DNA of 64,000 bases from Lingula anatina (GCA_051362555.1 CM120645.1:10540001-10604000), one strand, 5' to 3'; shown: positions 1-14,600, counted from the stretch's first letter. The notes: generated from the sequence alone by a model not told the origin. Translations and numbers: made by a program.

Positions 1-1
1 G

Positions 2-43
<42 letters not shown>

Positions 44-932
44 GATGTCATCCATAAAATTAAAAAAGTGTGGCCTAACAATAATATAAAGTTACACAGC
101 GAGGTTCAAACTGTGAAAGACGGCAGCGGACAGCGGGTGCACGCAAAGAGAACACACGCTTCCTTAGCCACGCGTTTTCACTTCATCGGCGACAAGAATG
201 AGATTCGCATCTCCACTTCATTATCATGATCCTCCTCGTTATTACCACGCTTAAACGTAAAGTTTAGTCAAACGATGGCGACAATTGAAATCAGTGATGT
301 TTACTTACCTGAAGTTTATCCTAATTACTGCATTCACACTACACAGTAGTAAAAGCCGAATCCTTTCCGCCTTTCGGGACACTGCGAGCGGTTAAAATAT
401 TCTAGCAGCTGACTGTACACGGTTACAAGTACAGGCAATAAACTACATATTGGCACTTCAACACTCCACTAACAATATATATATCTGGTCACTTTCATCG
501 AAACAGTCCCAGTTATCTAATTTTAAGTGATACCATGGTCATGGGACATTGTTCACAATAACGAATGAATAGTATACACATTAGATAACAGAGACCGCTC
601 AAATATCCATTGTTTTACGTCAGTGGACTCTTATATACAGGTATCTTCTCCACATGTACTGGCGGTATCTCCATTTAAAGGGATTTTCGCACGTGAAAGG
701 GACATTGTAGTCGTCATGTTATTGAGGAAAAGATAAGATGTCGACTGTGAGTAAACGTATTTACTTTGGACTGTTCTCAAGGCTATACATTTGCATGAAC
801 GACAAGGCAAGCTGATAAAGCTTCACTTCCCGGCTTATCGCGCACCGCTCACCGTGCAATTTATATCATGTGAAGGCTGTGACCCTCTCATGTCACGTAC
901 GCGTCGTGAAATGCATGTATATGTACTATATT

Positions 933-1212
933 CAGGGGCGGATCCAGGATTATTTGAAGGGGGCGGGGCGGAACGACAGGCCTGGGATGCAAAGTCGACC
1001 ATCGCCCCATAGACATGGGGTCCTGGGCCTGCTTAAGGGCCCCGAAAATTTTTTGGTGTTTTGGAGGACAAACGGTGCCCTTTGGTACGGTTTAGAACTA
1101 TGATTCAGCTAGCCAAAATTCTAATATCAAGAGGGGAATATTGGTATAATATATTTTTCCGAAACCGAAGGGGGGGGGGGGGGGGGGTAATCCCCCTCTA
1201 AATCCGCCACTG
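933..1212. mobile_element. Non-autonomous DNA transposon (MITE)
   Basis: Imperfect TIRs CAGGGGCGGATCCAG...CTAAATCCGCCACTG, flanked by ATATT on both sides; poly-G tract inside. Confidence 0.75.
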
Positions 1213-1513
1213 ATATTTACTTTTTTATAATTTTATATTCTTTTAGTCAATTTATGCTTCAACATTTCGGTCAATTAAAAAATCCAGATTCTTTTTTTCT
1301 GGAAGGGCTGGGGGGGGGGGGGGGGGTCAAGTCTTCACCCAGTGGTGTATAGCAATCTTTTTTAAACTCAACGGTTTGGTGGCCTCTATCCGTTTAACCA
1401 GTTTTATTTGTGGAAACTTCGTAGTTAAGCTTGCTACATTCAGGTACGTCTTATACAATTATTTTATTAAATACCTATAACGCAGAAATGACATTTTCTT
1501 TGAAGAAATCAGC

Positions 1514-1519
1514 TTTATT
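1514..1519 (-). terminator. Candidate polyadenylation signal (AATAAA) for gene 1
   Basis: TTTATT on the plus strand about 1.07 kb past the stop; position is plausible but not unique. Confidence 0.4.
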
Positions 1520-2586
1520 ATAAACAATATGTTTTAATCACAGTACAAATAAGTAGAGGAATGACGCTGAATTGTTGGCGTAGTGGAGATTAACATTTTA
1601 CTAAATCAGACATCAAACAATGTTTCGATTATGTCATCGGAATATCGTTTCTTTAAACAAACATACACAACATACATAGAAAACAAATAAAACAGAAATG
1701 GCATGTTACACAAATACACGTACGAGTAGCTATGGGCGTTTTCAAGGCTACTTTGAAAATAACATCTACAGTACGTATTTCTTCAGCAGAATTTTTAATA
1801 AATGAGACAATCGTAATGCTGTAATAAAAGTGATGGCAGGAATTAAAAATACGTCATGTCTATCATTTTGTGAGCAACAAGAAGGCAATATAAAAGTGAG
1901 ATCAAATACGTAAATAGTGTCTCTGTTGGCACTGATAATTACAAATTTTCTCTATAAGTTTTTTTTCTAAATGCCATACAACATACGGCATTTACAGGAG
2001 GTGAACTATCTCTTGTTTAGTCGTTAAGTTATAAATACTATCAGAAAATTGGTAACTCGAGAGGATTATATGTTACAAACTATTTACATAAGAAAAAAAT
2101 CATTCACATCGATACGATGGTGCCTAATTTGATTAGCAAAACATCATCACATGTATGTATGTATTCTGTTTCAGCACCTTTGAGATTACTAAATATCAAT
2201 ACATATTTTAATCAAATGCCCCAGCCGAAGCGGTTGGCTACAATAAACATTCTGCTCACTAGTGTAGCTACACATATTTACAATACTTTGGCACCGGTGA
2301 ATTGGAATGTTCTTTAAGAGTTAAAAAAATAAAAATCATGTCAAACTTTCAAAAATTCGACCGCACTGTTGATTCACAGATTGGTATCTGCGGCAGCATT
2401 AATTGTCACAGATGAGATGAGATCAAAGCAAAAAAAAACGCATCACGACAAGTCAGAGATGTCAGTACAATTAAAAAAGCACAAAAATAATATTTTTCTG
2501 TCGCATATCTGTAGCAATGCAGTCGATTATGTACACGCAGGTTGGCACTGAATGTGGCGGGCTCCGTCTCCCTTCACTGGGGTTGT

Positions 2587-2611
2587 CTAATTCCTCAGCA
2601 AATTTGGCAAT
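2587..2611 (-). CDS. Gene 1 terminal coding exon (K-LPNLLRN-stop)
   Basis: CCGTTTCAG acceptor; phase 2 join gives TAG at 2589-2587. Confidence 0.65.
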
Positions 2612-5600
2612 CTGAAACGGAGATAAAAATGTGTGAATTACCGCCTTATCTTTTATGGCATGGTATAGTGCAAGAATAGTAGGCATGGCATGGCATGGTA
2701 AAGTACAGTATGACCGGTATTTAATAAGGATCGGAGAGCTTGACTAAATGCATAGCATGATGCCGTTTCGATAATGAAACGCGAACAGAGATTTTGTTGA
2801 GAACAAATGAAATTATGACAGTATTAACTGACAAAACCATCTAAACCATGACGGCCGAATTCGCCAAAAGGCAACTAAAACAGAAGACCTAAACTTACTT
2901 ATCCCGCTTGCTAAGCATGTCCAAATTTTCCTTCTTCACTTCTTCAATGACGTCCATCTTCCCCTCTAGAAGGTCCTTCGCCTTGCTTCGGTTCAGCCAG
3001 GGAGAGGATTTCTTCAGCGGGTTCCCCAGCGGATTCATGTCTCTTTGGCGGCCCGTGCCGGACTTTTTCCTAAATGTCATATATTTCTGGTCGGACATGT
3101 CCAGAGGGTCGTCGCAGATGTTGTCGTGCATGGACAGGAAGAGCGGGATGTACAGGATATAGTCAAGGAACGAGATCTGAAAGGCATGACGGGAAGGTTT
3201 TTCACTTCCTGTATTTGAATTGCTGTCTATTCGCACACGCCACTGGGAAGAATATATTTAAAGACAGATGGTTTTCATTAAGTAATAAAATGTCTAAAAC
3301 TGATGTTACTATTTAATGATTTGGAGTGCACGAAATATCCTCCTCTGTTCTTTCAAATTCGAAAAATATTATACTCGTATATCTACTGCGTACATTTCTT
3401 TATTCGAAACCAAACATTTCAAAAAAATCTTTTATTTGTTGTTGTTCTAGGTTTCATAAATATGTATATAAATTTAAAGAATAATTGCCTCAAAAAGCAA
3501 AATTCTTGAACAGGTCAATGAATAAGTTTTGGGTGCGCTATGGATACATGTACCTGTAGCTTTCTATCGGCACTATCGACCCCCAGAAAAAAAATTACTT
3601 TTTTTTTTCATTAATTTTTTGAAAGTTTCCTTTCAAACTTACAACCCCATTTATTACCTCCCCAAATATATTCGGACAAAGCCTGTCCATGATGTACTCC
3701 TGCTGTTCCCAGCTCAGCCCTCCCGCTATCAACTCAATACGCAGCGACTCCGCCGTGATGAAGTTCGGGTCGCGATCTGATGTGACGTTAGTATAAAACA
3801 TGGCGCGGTACAGGTCCATCTTTCGCTCAATGTCAGCCAGGTTGCAGATCTCCAGCAGGTGGCGGCTTACATCACTAAAATGGAAAGTGGGCCATTGTTT
3901 TCAATGCATAATCGAGCGTATTAGCGCAGTATCTTAACTAGTATCAGTACATAAAGTCTAATAAATTTCCGATATCGCTACGTTCAAAATCACGCGATGT
4001 GATCCATATACGTATGAGTATGTGGTAGCCCGCAAAAAACGGACAGCACAACAAAATTTAACTAAAATAAGAGAAGAGTTTCATTAGCTCTGTATGTATC
4101 AATTTAAATTATTGTTTTTCTTTTTAACTAAAATAGGCAGTTATTCCAGCACGTTCTACAAACTCTAAGTACATGTATCTTTAAATAATACACCAGAAAA
4201 ACGATATACATTTCTTTCACCATCATACATCAATGCATTGTAAACAAAACACAAATGTCAAAATTTTTCAACAATCACAATGATACTCACTCCATCTTTG
4301 TGACTCTCTCGCATAACGCGGTGACCACAGCGAACATCCTGAAAGTGACCTGTGTGTTTTCGTCTATCCTCAGCACTCGTAGACAGTACTCCAGCTGCTT
4401 GGGCTCTATGGCCTGCAGAGTGGGGATGCCATCCAAGCCTAGGCGGGCTTCCTGGTGAAGGAATACAGAGAGATTGTTAGTTCAAAACTTTATATAGAGT
4501 ACCTAAATTCATATGCTAACACAGATCAAGGAGTTATAACTCCTTGCACAGATGTAAAATATAGTCACAAGGACATGTAATCGCGTATAACACAATTATT
4601 CATACAGAATGCATGTCAACAAGAAATATTTCGAACAAGGTATTTAATACATTCATATTCGTTAAAGTTTCTTAAGAAATAATAACAGTAACGTCATATT
4701 CAACTTTAAGAAAATTTTTATCATATATATTTCCCTTACTTTATTCATCATCCATTTACTATTTGCACTAATAAGAAAATTTTCAAACCATCTTCAGTGC
4801 ACTTACATTATTATTTATCACAGCGTCGTAGTCCTGATCTTCCACACAGAAAGATTTTGCATACATTTCAATTTTGTTTGTTTCCACGAGGCGATAATGG
4901 TGAAGATAATCTATTCCGGAATCTGGAAAGAAATAAAAAAGTAATGATTAATATACCCAAAAGATGTCGCCAGCTACGGTATGTACTAATCGTAAACATA
5001 AACTGTCTTGTGTGCTTATCTCAAAACTGATTTTAAAAAAATAATGAATTTATCTTTCTGATTTGTATTCCGTTGATTTAAGCTCACCTTGCTGATCAAT
5101 TCCTACCCAACCTGTAAATAAGTTTTTAATATCTTACCTTTTTCGTCTAAATCTTTGGCGTAGTCTTGGTCAGTGATCTTGGACCAGTTGATGACATTTT
5201 TGATGTGGTCCAAAATTTTCTGCCCTCCCTTGCGCATCAGCACATTGGTTCGCCGAGTTCCCCGTACTGAAATATGGGAACATTTTACGAAATAATATGG
5301 TGGTACATGAACCGTAGTAAAACGTCTCATACTTAGGAGATGCATTTCAATTTGAATCTCTTTAACTACTTTATTTCGATCCCAACTCATATGCTAAATT
5401 TTTAGAAATTGTACCAGTAGTTTGCAGTACGTAATGTGTACGTTTCGTCTATTCGTTTCATTTTATTTATTTTTTAAATCAAACTGTAAGAAAGCAGCTT
5501 AACATACGGGTATCAGTGTCTAAATCGCTGTCGTCTGCCAATTCGTCTGTGTCCACGTCACTTCCGTAAGCGTCTACAGGCTTGATACCAATGGTTTTGC

Positions 5601-8600
5601 CTTTTTCTGTGATCTTTATATGGTCGCCGAATTTTTCCTAAAGGACAAAATATATGGGAATTTAATTAAAGTAAAAGAGCGTAATTAGCCGATTTAGATT
5701 ATTTTGACACAGCCATGAACTCAAATTTAATTATTTTGCAATATGCAAAATTACACAAAAAAAAAATGGAAAAAACTTTTCCATAAAAAAAACAAACAAA
5801 CAAAAAACTAAAAACCTGATTAGCAGCTGCAAATAAAACAATTATATAAAAACTAATAAATAGTATGTTAAAGGAGGCACTAAAAAATTATTAAAATTAT
5901 TGGATGTTAGCACATAAAAATACTGGTAATAAAATACTTCGACAATCACAGTTATCAAAGCAAGAATGTCATACCTTGAGCAGTCTTGTGATCTCTTTCT
6001 TGGACAGGGTGGGGTCAATACCGAGTTTCCGAAGATCATCGTCGGTCAGTTTGCTGATGTCTATCTTCTTCTTGCCTTCTTTTAACTTCACGTTGCCATG
6101 TTCATCCACCTCGAAATAGTCACCATCAGATTCTTCGTCTGGAAATAAATAAACACTCAATTTACTGCAGAGGCCTCGGAAATCTTGAAACCATTTTCGT
6201 TGTTATTATGCTTGGGTTATTACACCAAGTGTGTTACGCGTTTTAAAAAGTTTAATTTACACTTTTCATTACTTTCTTAACATCAATTGTGCCATAAACC
6301 TTTTTTTTCAAAACTGTCATCTAAAAGACACTTTAATATATTTTGAGGTAAAAAGGAAACTCATGTAAAAAACCCAAGTGTAAATGGCCTATCAAGCACT
6401 GTGCCTTACCGGTCTCCGGCGCTCCTGGCTCCCCCCTGCGGTAGTATTTACCATCTTTGCCTAACACTTTCTTCACTTTCTTTGTGCCTATCAGATTTCC
6501 TTCGGCGTCTGTATATTAAGAAAATGAAACCTTAAACGTTTTTAACAAAACCTTACACTATGCGACTTCTTTCTAAATCTTATAAAAAGTAGACTCTACA
6601 TATTCCATTCCTGGCTGCAAGTTAACACTAAAAAGGGTGTCTAAAACCTGTCACTGTAGTTTTATTATATAAAATGAGCACATGTGACCCAATGTCTATA
6701 CATTCATATGACACTATTTCAAATGAATCCGTTTACTTTTATTTGAATATTGTTAAATACCTACCGTATTCATATTCTATGTCATATTCTTCATCGTTAC
6801 CACCCTGGCAAAATAAAATAAACGTATTTTAAAAAATTTAAGAACAAGAACAAACTAAAATTTAGAACTGAATACCGACATACTGGTTTCGTATCTTTCG
6901 ACTGATGTTTTTCTTTGTTTTTCTAAATTTTATATTCATAAAAAATGCAGAACAAATAATACTTGCGTACACAAATATGTTTTGTTTATATACTAGTAAT
7001 AGTAGTGGTATAGTATTTTTTGTCTTCTTTATCCTTATTCAAAACATTATGAAACTAAGATATTTCTAAATGACTTCACATATTTGGTTTCCTCAATTAT
7101 TTTATTATCACATAAAGATTTACACATTTCATGCTCATTTAATTAAAGGGAACTTTTCCGACTAGGGCCTGCTCAATTATTCATAGAATTTAACTCTACA
7201 TGCGATTAATATAATCTGTTCATCACGGTGGGGGGGGGGGGGGTGGTCTCTATTCGTGATTTTTCTCCCTTTTCTATTGTTAACAGTCTTAATGTAACTC
7301 GTGGTATTCGACTGGAGTAACGTTTATCATTTCACTTGATTATCTATATCATTTCTGGGTGAAAATTCCAATTGGTTGTAATTCTTCCAGAGAGGATACA
7401 CAATTTATAACAACAAATATTTTATGCGAGCAGATCAAATTTTTATCTAGTGTAGTGGACGATGCAAAGATGATTTAATTCACACAAGACAGCATACTGT
7501 AGCTATATAAGGCTAAATACTGTAGGTGTTGAACAACTCTGTGACGCTCCTCCTCCCTTCACTCACCTTTCCACCTTTCTTTCTCACGATTCTCTTGATG
7601 ATATTGCCGTCCTTGTCTCTTATCTAAAGTTTGATTTATACAGTACAATTCAGTGAAGAAATATCGAAATTACATTTCCTTGTTACTAGTGTTTAGTCGT
7701 GAGAATTATGGCTTACCAGAGATACTTGGGAGCAAGCGGCAGAAAAGGGTTCCCAAAGGTTAGTTGTGAGACTGTTTGATGGAAAAAAGGTGTCACCCAA
7801 GGAAAGTGAGCATGAACACGGTTTAGAAGGTGAAAACTCAGGTTAAATTAGTCACTGAGGAATGCAGATGAAAAGACTAAAGAACATACACCCATGCAAG
7901 GATTAGCGATAGTAAATTTTATAGGAGAGATTAGAAAAATAACGCAGATCATTCATTCCACTCTAGAATCATAGATTAATTTGTGATGATAGGTATATAA
8001 GGTTTATATTATTTACAATCACATTGTATTATTTTAGGCATAGTTACCGGTATGTGCACGACACAGAAAGAGAACTACAGTAGGCGGCCTACATTGTACT
8101 ATACATAGGCCTATATATCTTAGTACTGGTATTAGCAAGTTAGTCTTAATATTCAAAAAGTAACATACATAAAACATTTTACAACAGTACAACAGCAATA
8201 AATAAATTTTGATTTTTAATCGTGATATATTATGCAATGCTTACGTTTTTGACAACACTTAGTTTATGTTTTATTGTTTTTGTTTAATACTGACAAGTTC
8301 TTTTATATTGGAAGCTTACTGGTAAGTATACAAATTAAATTACTATTTAACATACATAATGGCTCTTGCTTGCTACATTTTTGAATTGGTATTTTCTACA
8401 ATGAACAGTGTCGTCTGCTTCACACGTGGCTTTCTCAACTTACAATTTCTACGGACACCTCACTCCCCGAGTCATCGTCTGCTCCGTGCGCGCCTTTCTT
8501 TTTCTTCCGCAGTTTCCCGTCGCTGCCGATGACATAGTCACCTAAAATAAAATATGAAACGTATGAAATAAAGACGAAAGATTAAAATATCAGCAATAAA

Positions 8601-11600
8601 CACCTAAAATTCTGTGTGGAGTTTTATAATATATTATCCAAATGTGACTTTTCACAACTTAACATATGTCGTTTTATTTCAAGTACCTGTAAAGCAGTAT
8701 GTGAATGAGAAACATAAAATAAAAAAGGAAGTAAACATGCAATCGACCTATTTTGTAAATCGAAGATAAAATTTATGGAATGGGATGCTTTACCTTCATC
8801 ACTTTCATCATCAGCCTCGTTTCCATCTTTGTACTTCCGGCCCTTTTTACCTTTTCCTTTTCCACCCCAACTAAAACGTCAACATGAATTGATTATATAA
8901 CCACCCAGCACAGTCAGTGTGATGTGTGTTTATTTAGGTTAATTTTGCTCTACATCTTACAACTGTTGATTAAAATGTTTATTAAACGGGCTAACGCCCA
9001 AGTGATAAGGAATGAGTCACGTGCTCCAATGTCGCATTGTATTATACAAAACTGTAACTGAGCCCCATTCATTCCCCACACCGATACACTGATTGGTCAC
9101 TACCCCTGGTATTTTGAACTCTAGACCACTGCACATAATCCCTTTATAAAAGCATGGTTAAACGCGTTGAATGAAAATAACGTTGTAAACTACGGCCGAA
9201 AAATAAAAGGCGTGGAGTTTACGAGCAAATGATATAATAAAAGGCGTCGAGGCCCAACTTATTTTACGTCCGAAAAATACAGGCAAATGAAAAATAAAAG
9301 GTGTCAATATCCAACTTATTTTACGGCCGAAAAATAAAAGGTGTGGAGTTTACGAGCAAATGAAAATAAAAGGCGTGGAGTTTACGAGCAAATGAAAATA
9401 AAAGGCGTCGATAACCAACTTATTTTACAAGCAGTGGTTTTATCTTAAATCCCCCTCCTCCAACCCAAATAGCATAAAACAATTCTTTCTCTTGTCTGTT
9501 TTATGACAATTGCCAAAATATTTCCTAGTGATATAAAATCTAACAGCCATAACTAATACAGCCTTCAAACAACATCTGGAAGAAAAAAATGTAAAACAAA
9601 AATAAGATCTGGTCCCACGTACTCATCATGACCCATGCCAGGCTCCCGCCCGTCAAGAGGTTGTCCATCAGGTCCGAGCCCACGCCCCGCACCTTTGCCG
9701 TAATCCACCATACTCTGGTACTTCTCCTTCTCTAGTCGCTCCTTAGCCCGCTTTTTGTTCCTAAAAACAATGTCACATAAATTTGATTTGCATTCTCATT
9801 ACCATAAACAAAAATACATAAAATTATTTATTTTATACGGTATAAAAAAATTATATATATGGATGGCAAATGTATTGCTAAACTTACAACATAAGTTACA
9901 GAGGTCTTCGCAGAAATAGTAGCGTAAATATTTTTTCTTTTGATAACTGGATCATAAACAAATTATGTTAAATAACATTAATCAATAACATATCAAATAA
10001 CATATTCTGATATAAAATTCAATTTTGTTATATTACCTTTCGGCTTTGGCAACCATCTCCTCATATTTATCTCCATACTTTTCTCTTCTCCTTTGCTCTC
10101 TCTCCTTCTGTCGCTTAGCACGTTCTGCAAGATAGACCTTCTTCTCCTCCTCGGTCATGTTCGCCAGTTTCCGTTGAACTTCCTCTTCGTCGGTGGAAGC
10201 ATCGCTGAACGCCGTAGAATCCGGCGAGATGACTTCACGGTGTCCTCCGGGTCCTCTCTTATTTCTCCCCTCCTTGTCCCCCTTCTCCCCCTTGCCGCCT
10301 TTGCCTCCTTTGCCGCCTTTCCCTTTGCGTTGCGACTCCGGCTTAAGTTTCTTGACTCGAATTCTTCCTCCCTTCCCGTCTGACATCGACTCAAAAGTGT
10401 ATGCATCGCTGGAATCCTCATCACTGTCTGTCTCTGGAACACCAAATACAGTAAACTGTAACAAATGTGCTATTGCTTTTAATTAGATGAATGCGTACAA
10501 GTTAGAAATTCGCGTTAACCCGTTTCTCTGCAGGTCAAGCCGATGTGAACATAAAGTTAAAATGTAATATAGTCAAATTATTGTATGCTTTTACTGGAAC
10601 TCAAAGTGAAGTGAATAGAAACCGACTGTTAGTTCACGACGACTTGCTTCTTTGCTAGGCATGGTCGGCCCATGTTGATATGTACCTTGTATCACACCAG
10701 GAAAAAATGAATATACCTTATTATATACACACGCCTGTGATATAAATTCTGCAGGGAAATATACGCATGTCATGAAAAAAGGGAGATAGTCTGACAACGG
10801 AGAGGCATCAAAACAAAAAAAAAACATATATTTTATGTATCATATATGTTTTAAATTGCATGATATTTGGATGACCGTCAGTACTTTTATTCATTGATCG
10901 TTCCAAGAATTTGTTCTTTATCTTTCTTCTCTTTTACGCGTACTTCTAAACGGAAGGATTATTAGATACCACACAAGTGGTGCAACCTGACTGTAAATCT
11001 TGGTGACAATGCCATTGTGCAGTGATACGACTGTGCTAACAACGACGAAATATCTCTGCTCAACCTTGTACAGGTGTGCCGTAACCCGAGGGTTTATACC
11101 GTGAGAGGTTAGAACATATTTTAACCCGTCGTCAAAATCAAAACCCTCTCGACTCAGATGATATATAAATTACACACTGAGGCTCCATGAAGTAGCATGA
11201 AGGGTTATAACATTATGTTTTTAACCCGTCGAGGAGGTACCTAAAGAGTGGAACAGAAGGGTGTTGACTTGTTTTTCTTTCGAGAAGAAAGGCCAGGGCG
11301 GCCCAAATTATGGGAATCGTTCTTAAGTATATAACCTCTGTACCCCTCGCATATGCCTCGGTTGCGGCGACCTATTACAGCAAAGACGAATGTTTGGATC
11401 ATGTTGTTCCACGATAGCAAAGTGAGGGCGCAGATATTTCAGTGTTTGTTTTTCATATTTGTTCTGGCTTGTATCATAAACAAGTCTCTATCGACACCGA
11501 GCATATTGTAAACAACGCAGAGGTGACGCGGCATTATCAAAACGCAGTCAAACGTTTTCATGGACTTTTCAATAAAACTGAAACAAGAGACGACATAGGG

Positions 11601-14600
11601 GGTCCGCAGTGAGCAAGAATCAAGGGGACGAAAGGAACGAGGTACAGTGTCGCGCAGCACTGGGGTTATTTGGTAACATGATCGCAATCGACACGGTTGT
11701 TTTGTCCCTAAACAACAGACTTAAAAAGTCGGAATGCCCTCTATAGAAGTAGCCAGTAGAGACAATGCAACAAATCAAGAAAGTGTTGAACCGAGTAAAG
11801 AGAGCTGGCATAACTTCTTGACGACCGATGTGTTGTGACATAAGTTAAGGGTCACTCATCCCTTAATGTTGCGCCGTTCTGCGCCTTTTCTTTGTGTTTG
11901 TTTCAAAGTTATTCTGCTTCGTAGAGTTCGATTCTTGTGATTCGGCACGAACCCATTCTCCGCCGGTGACACCACGCTTTCAGAATGAATTGCTACAGAC
12001 TGTTAGAGTAAATTGATCAAAATGCCAAGCGTTCTCTTCTTGTTAAGCGATCTATAAATGAATACATGTTCGAAGTATTTCTTTGGTGAAAATAGCGAGC
12101 ACTTCATAATAAGTTTTCCATAAATGATCTTGTTGTTTTTAGACACCACACCTGTGAGTGTGGCAAAGATGAATCACCAAAATCAAAGTTGATGAACCAC
12201 CCCAACATCTGTTCACAAAAGAGTTGAAACGGACACCAATTTGTAACTGCAGACACCTGGTATTTTTGGTTTCATGAATTGCTGTGAGGGTTTTAGTACA
12301 ATGTACTAGGCAATGGTTTTGAGGACAACAATCAATTTTTAGATTCAGTTATCTAATAAAATCGGTCCCTCTGTCTTTCGTGAGTGGCAATTGCAATTAA
12401 GACGAAAGCATGTTCTAAACTGAACTGAGCACGTTTACTTATTTACTCAAATATAGCTCCAAAATGACCTGGTGCCCGAATATATCGAAATAACCTAGCA
12501 CCTGTACTGCCCTTCATTCCACATGGCCCTGTCATTATAATTAATTCACAAAGCAATTTAAATCTATTAAAACAGAAACCTATTAGGATAAAAGCCCTTT
12601 TATAGCTTAATTTAATGAAATTGGCCACTTCCAGCACATCTAGCGAATGACCACGGTTTCCAAGCACCTGCAGAACTATGCGTCAACGCGTCCAGTGTTT
12701 CTGCGAGCTAGCCGGTGGTCACTAAGTAAGCCCATTGGAGGCAAACAAAGCAAACCAGCCAGCGATACAGCCGGTAATAGTGAAACCCAAACAAACAGTT
12801 CTTTGTCCTGCCAGCTTAATGGTCAAGGTTCTGTTGCAAACTTAAAGACGTAAACAACTTTGTAAGCATACGTAACCCATGAGATTTAGCAGGAGTTTCT
12901 CGTGATGAAAAAGTAATGAGACGTTCGATTTAATCATGAATGTCAAAGACAAGAGTCTTTAATCGTCTCTCCTTTGGGCCAGTGATAGTGTTCGATGCCA
13001 CGCCTTGGTGGTTGCAAAGCTTTTTGTTAGTCACGGCAGTTGCCGTTTATTTTTTTAAAAAACTAAAATGCATGAATGGTTTTCTGAAGAAACATACTAT
13101 TGTTTTTTTCTTTTTAAAGATAATCAGAATAATGAAAAAAAAAAGTGTGAACTTACCGCTGGGACTAGTGTAAGCCTCCGACTCGGCATGCCCTATAACA
13201 TTGCCCTGAGCGTCACGTATCCTCTTCTTGCGTTTCCTGGTGTGTGTTCCTCCCTCCGTCACGTCACTAAAGTAACTGTATTCACTATCACTTCCATGTT
13301 CTCGGCGCTTTTTCTCTTTCTTCTTCTTCGTCTTAGCCGCTTTCTTCTTCCCTTTCCTCGCCAAATGAGCCATGTACTCGCTTTCACTGCTGTGGTACGA
13401 TTCAGAGTCACCTCGCGTTCCGTCAGCGTTACGTTTCCTACGCTTGACGTGCCGCGTGCCGCCCTCGCTGATGACGCTATAATAACTATGAGCACTTCCA
13501 GCGCCGTGCTTTCTGTCTCGACGTCTCCTGCGTCTCCGCTCCTTACCGTCTTCATCCTGACTGCTGTGATAGGACTCGCTGTCAGCGTACGTTCCATCAG
13601 CGAGTTTCTTCTTCCTGCGCACGTGCCGCGTTCCTCCGGCGCTGACCACGCTACGGTAGCTGTACTCGCTGTTGCTGTCGTCGTTACGTTTTCCTTCCTT
13701 CATGGCCTTATACTTTCTGAGCTTTTCCCGCTCCACGGGATCCAGAGCACTGTACATTTCCTCTTCCGTGATGTCCTCGTAGGTTTTGCGTCCCATGCTC
13801 GTACTCTTCCCCGTGGTGCGGTCTTTCATTGAGCCCACCCCGCTGTCAATGTCGGAGTCTCCTCCTGCGGCGCCACCTCCCTTACCACCGCCGACTTTCC
13901 TGTAAATTAAACGAATATTTAAAAAAAAAGAAAACACAAGCTCATTTATTAATTTTTTTCGTTAATTTATGTATTATCAATTTTAATCAAAATTAAAGAT
14001 TAAAATTTCAAACTTATTATGATTCATTCGCTCGAAAGAATTCGCATAAATGATGCACTGCTCAATCGCAAACGTCAGAAATATCTGAGCTCTTTTACGG
14101 TTAACAGTGCGCAACCGATATAAATAAATAAAAAGAGAGAGACTTTTTAAACAAAACCTTACTTTTTAAACTTCTTTCCAGTGATTGGATCTTCAACAAT
14201 TTCATATATTTCGCCGTCTTTACCAATGATCCTAGTTCCAGGCTTGGCAGCTAAAAATATTTTTACCTTTTTCATATATCGCATTTATATTCTTTTAAAT
14301 AATTCCATTCCTTTATTTTCATAATATTTAAATTACTTTGAATTTCTTTATCGCCATTTTCTATTCAATGTATCTAAATCTTCATTTCTATTCAACGTAT
14401 GTTTATCTTCATTTCATACATTTATTTAAATTTCATTAAAAAATGTAATACCGCAAATTTCTACACCGGCCTTATTCTATCAATCACTAAATATTGCGTC
14501 TATTTTAATTATTTAACTTCGTCTCTTTTTAATTTTCATATACGAAAAAATATCACATCTTGAAATTATGCAAAGATCTTCATCTGTTTGTTTCTTTCTA

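Noticed and set aside
9190-9425. Regularly spaced ~30-bp repeats, superficially CRISPR-like
   Set aside because: The intervening sequences are themselves repeated, the context is a eukaryotic intron and there are no cas genes; better explained as MITE internal repeats.
13068-13832. 254-aa plus-strand ORF, and similar ORFs at 10093-10486 and 14663-14947
   Set aside because: Antisense shadows of real minus-strand exons; no independent splice or protein signal.
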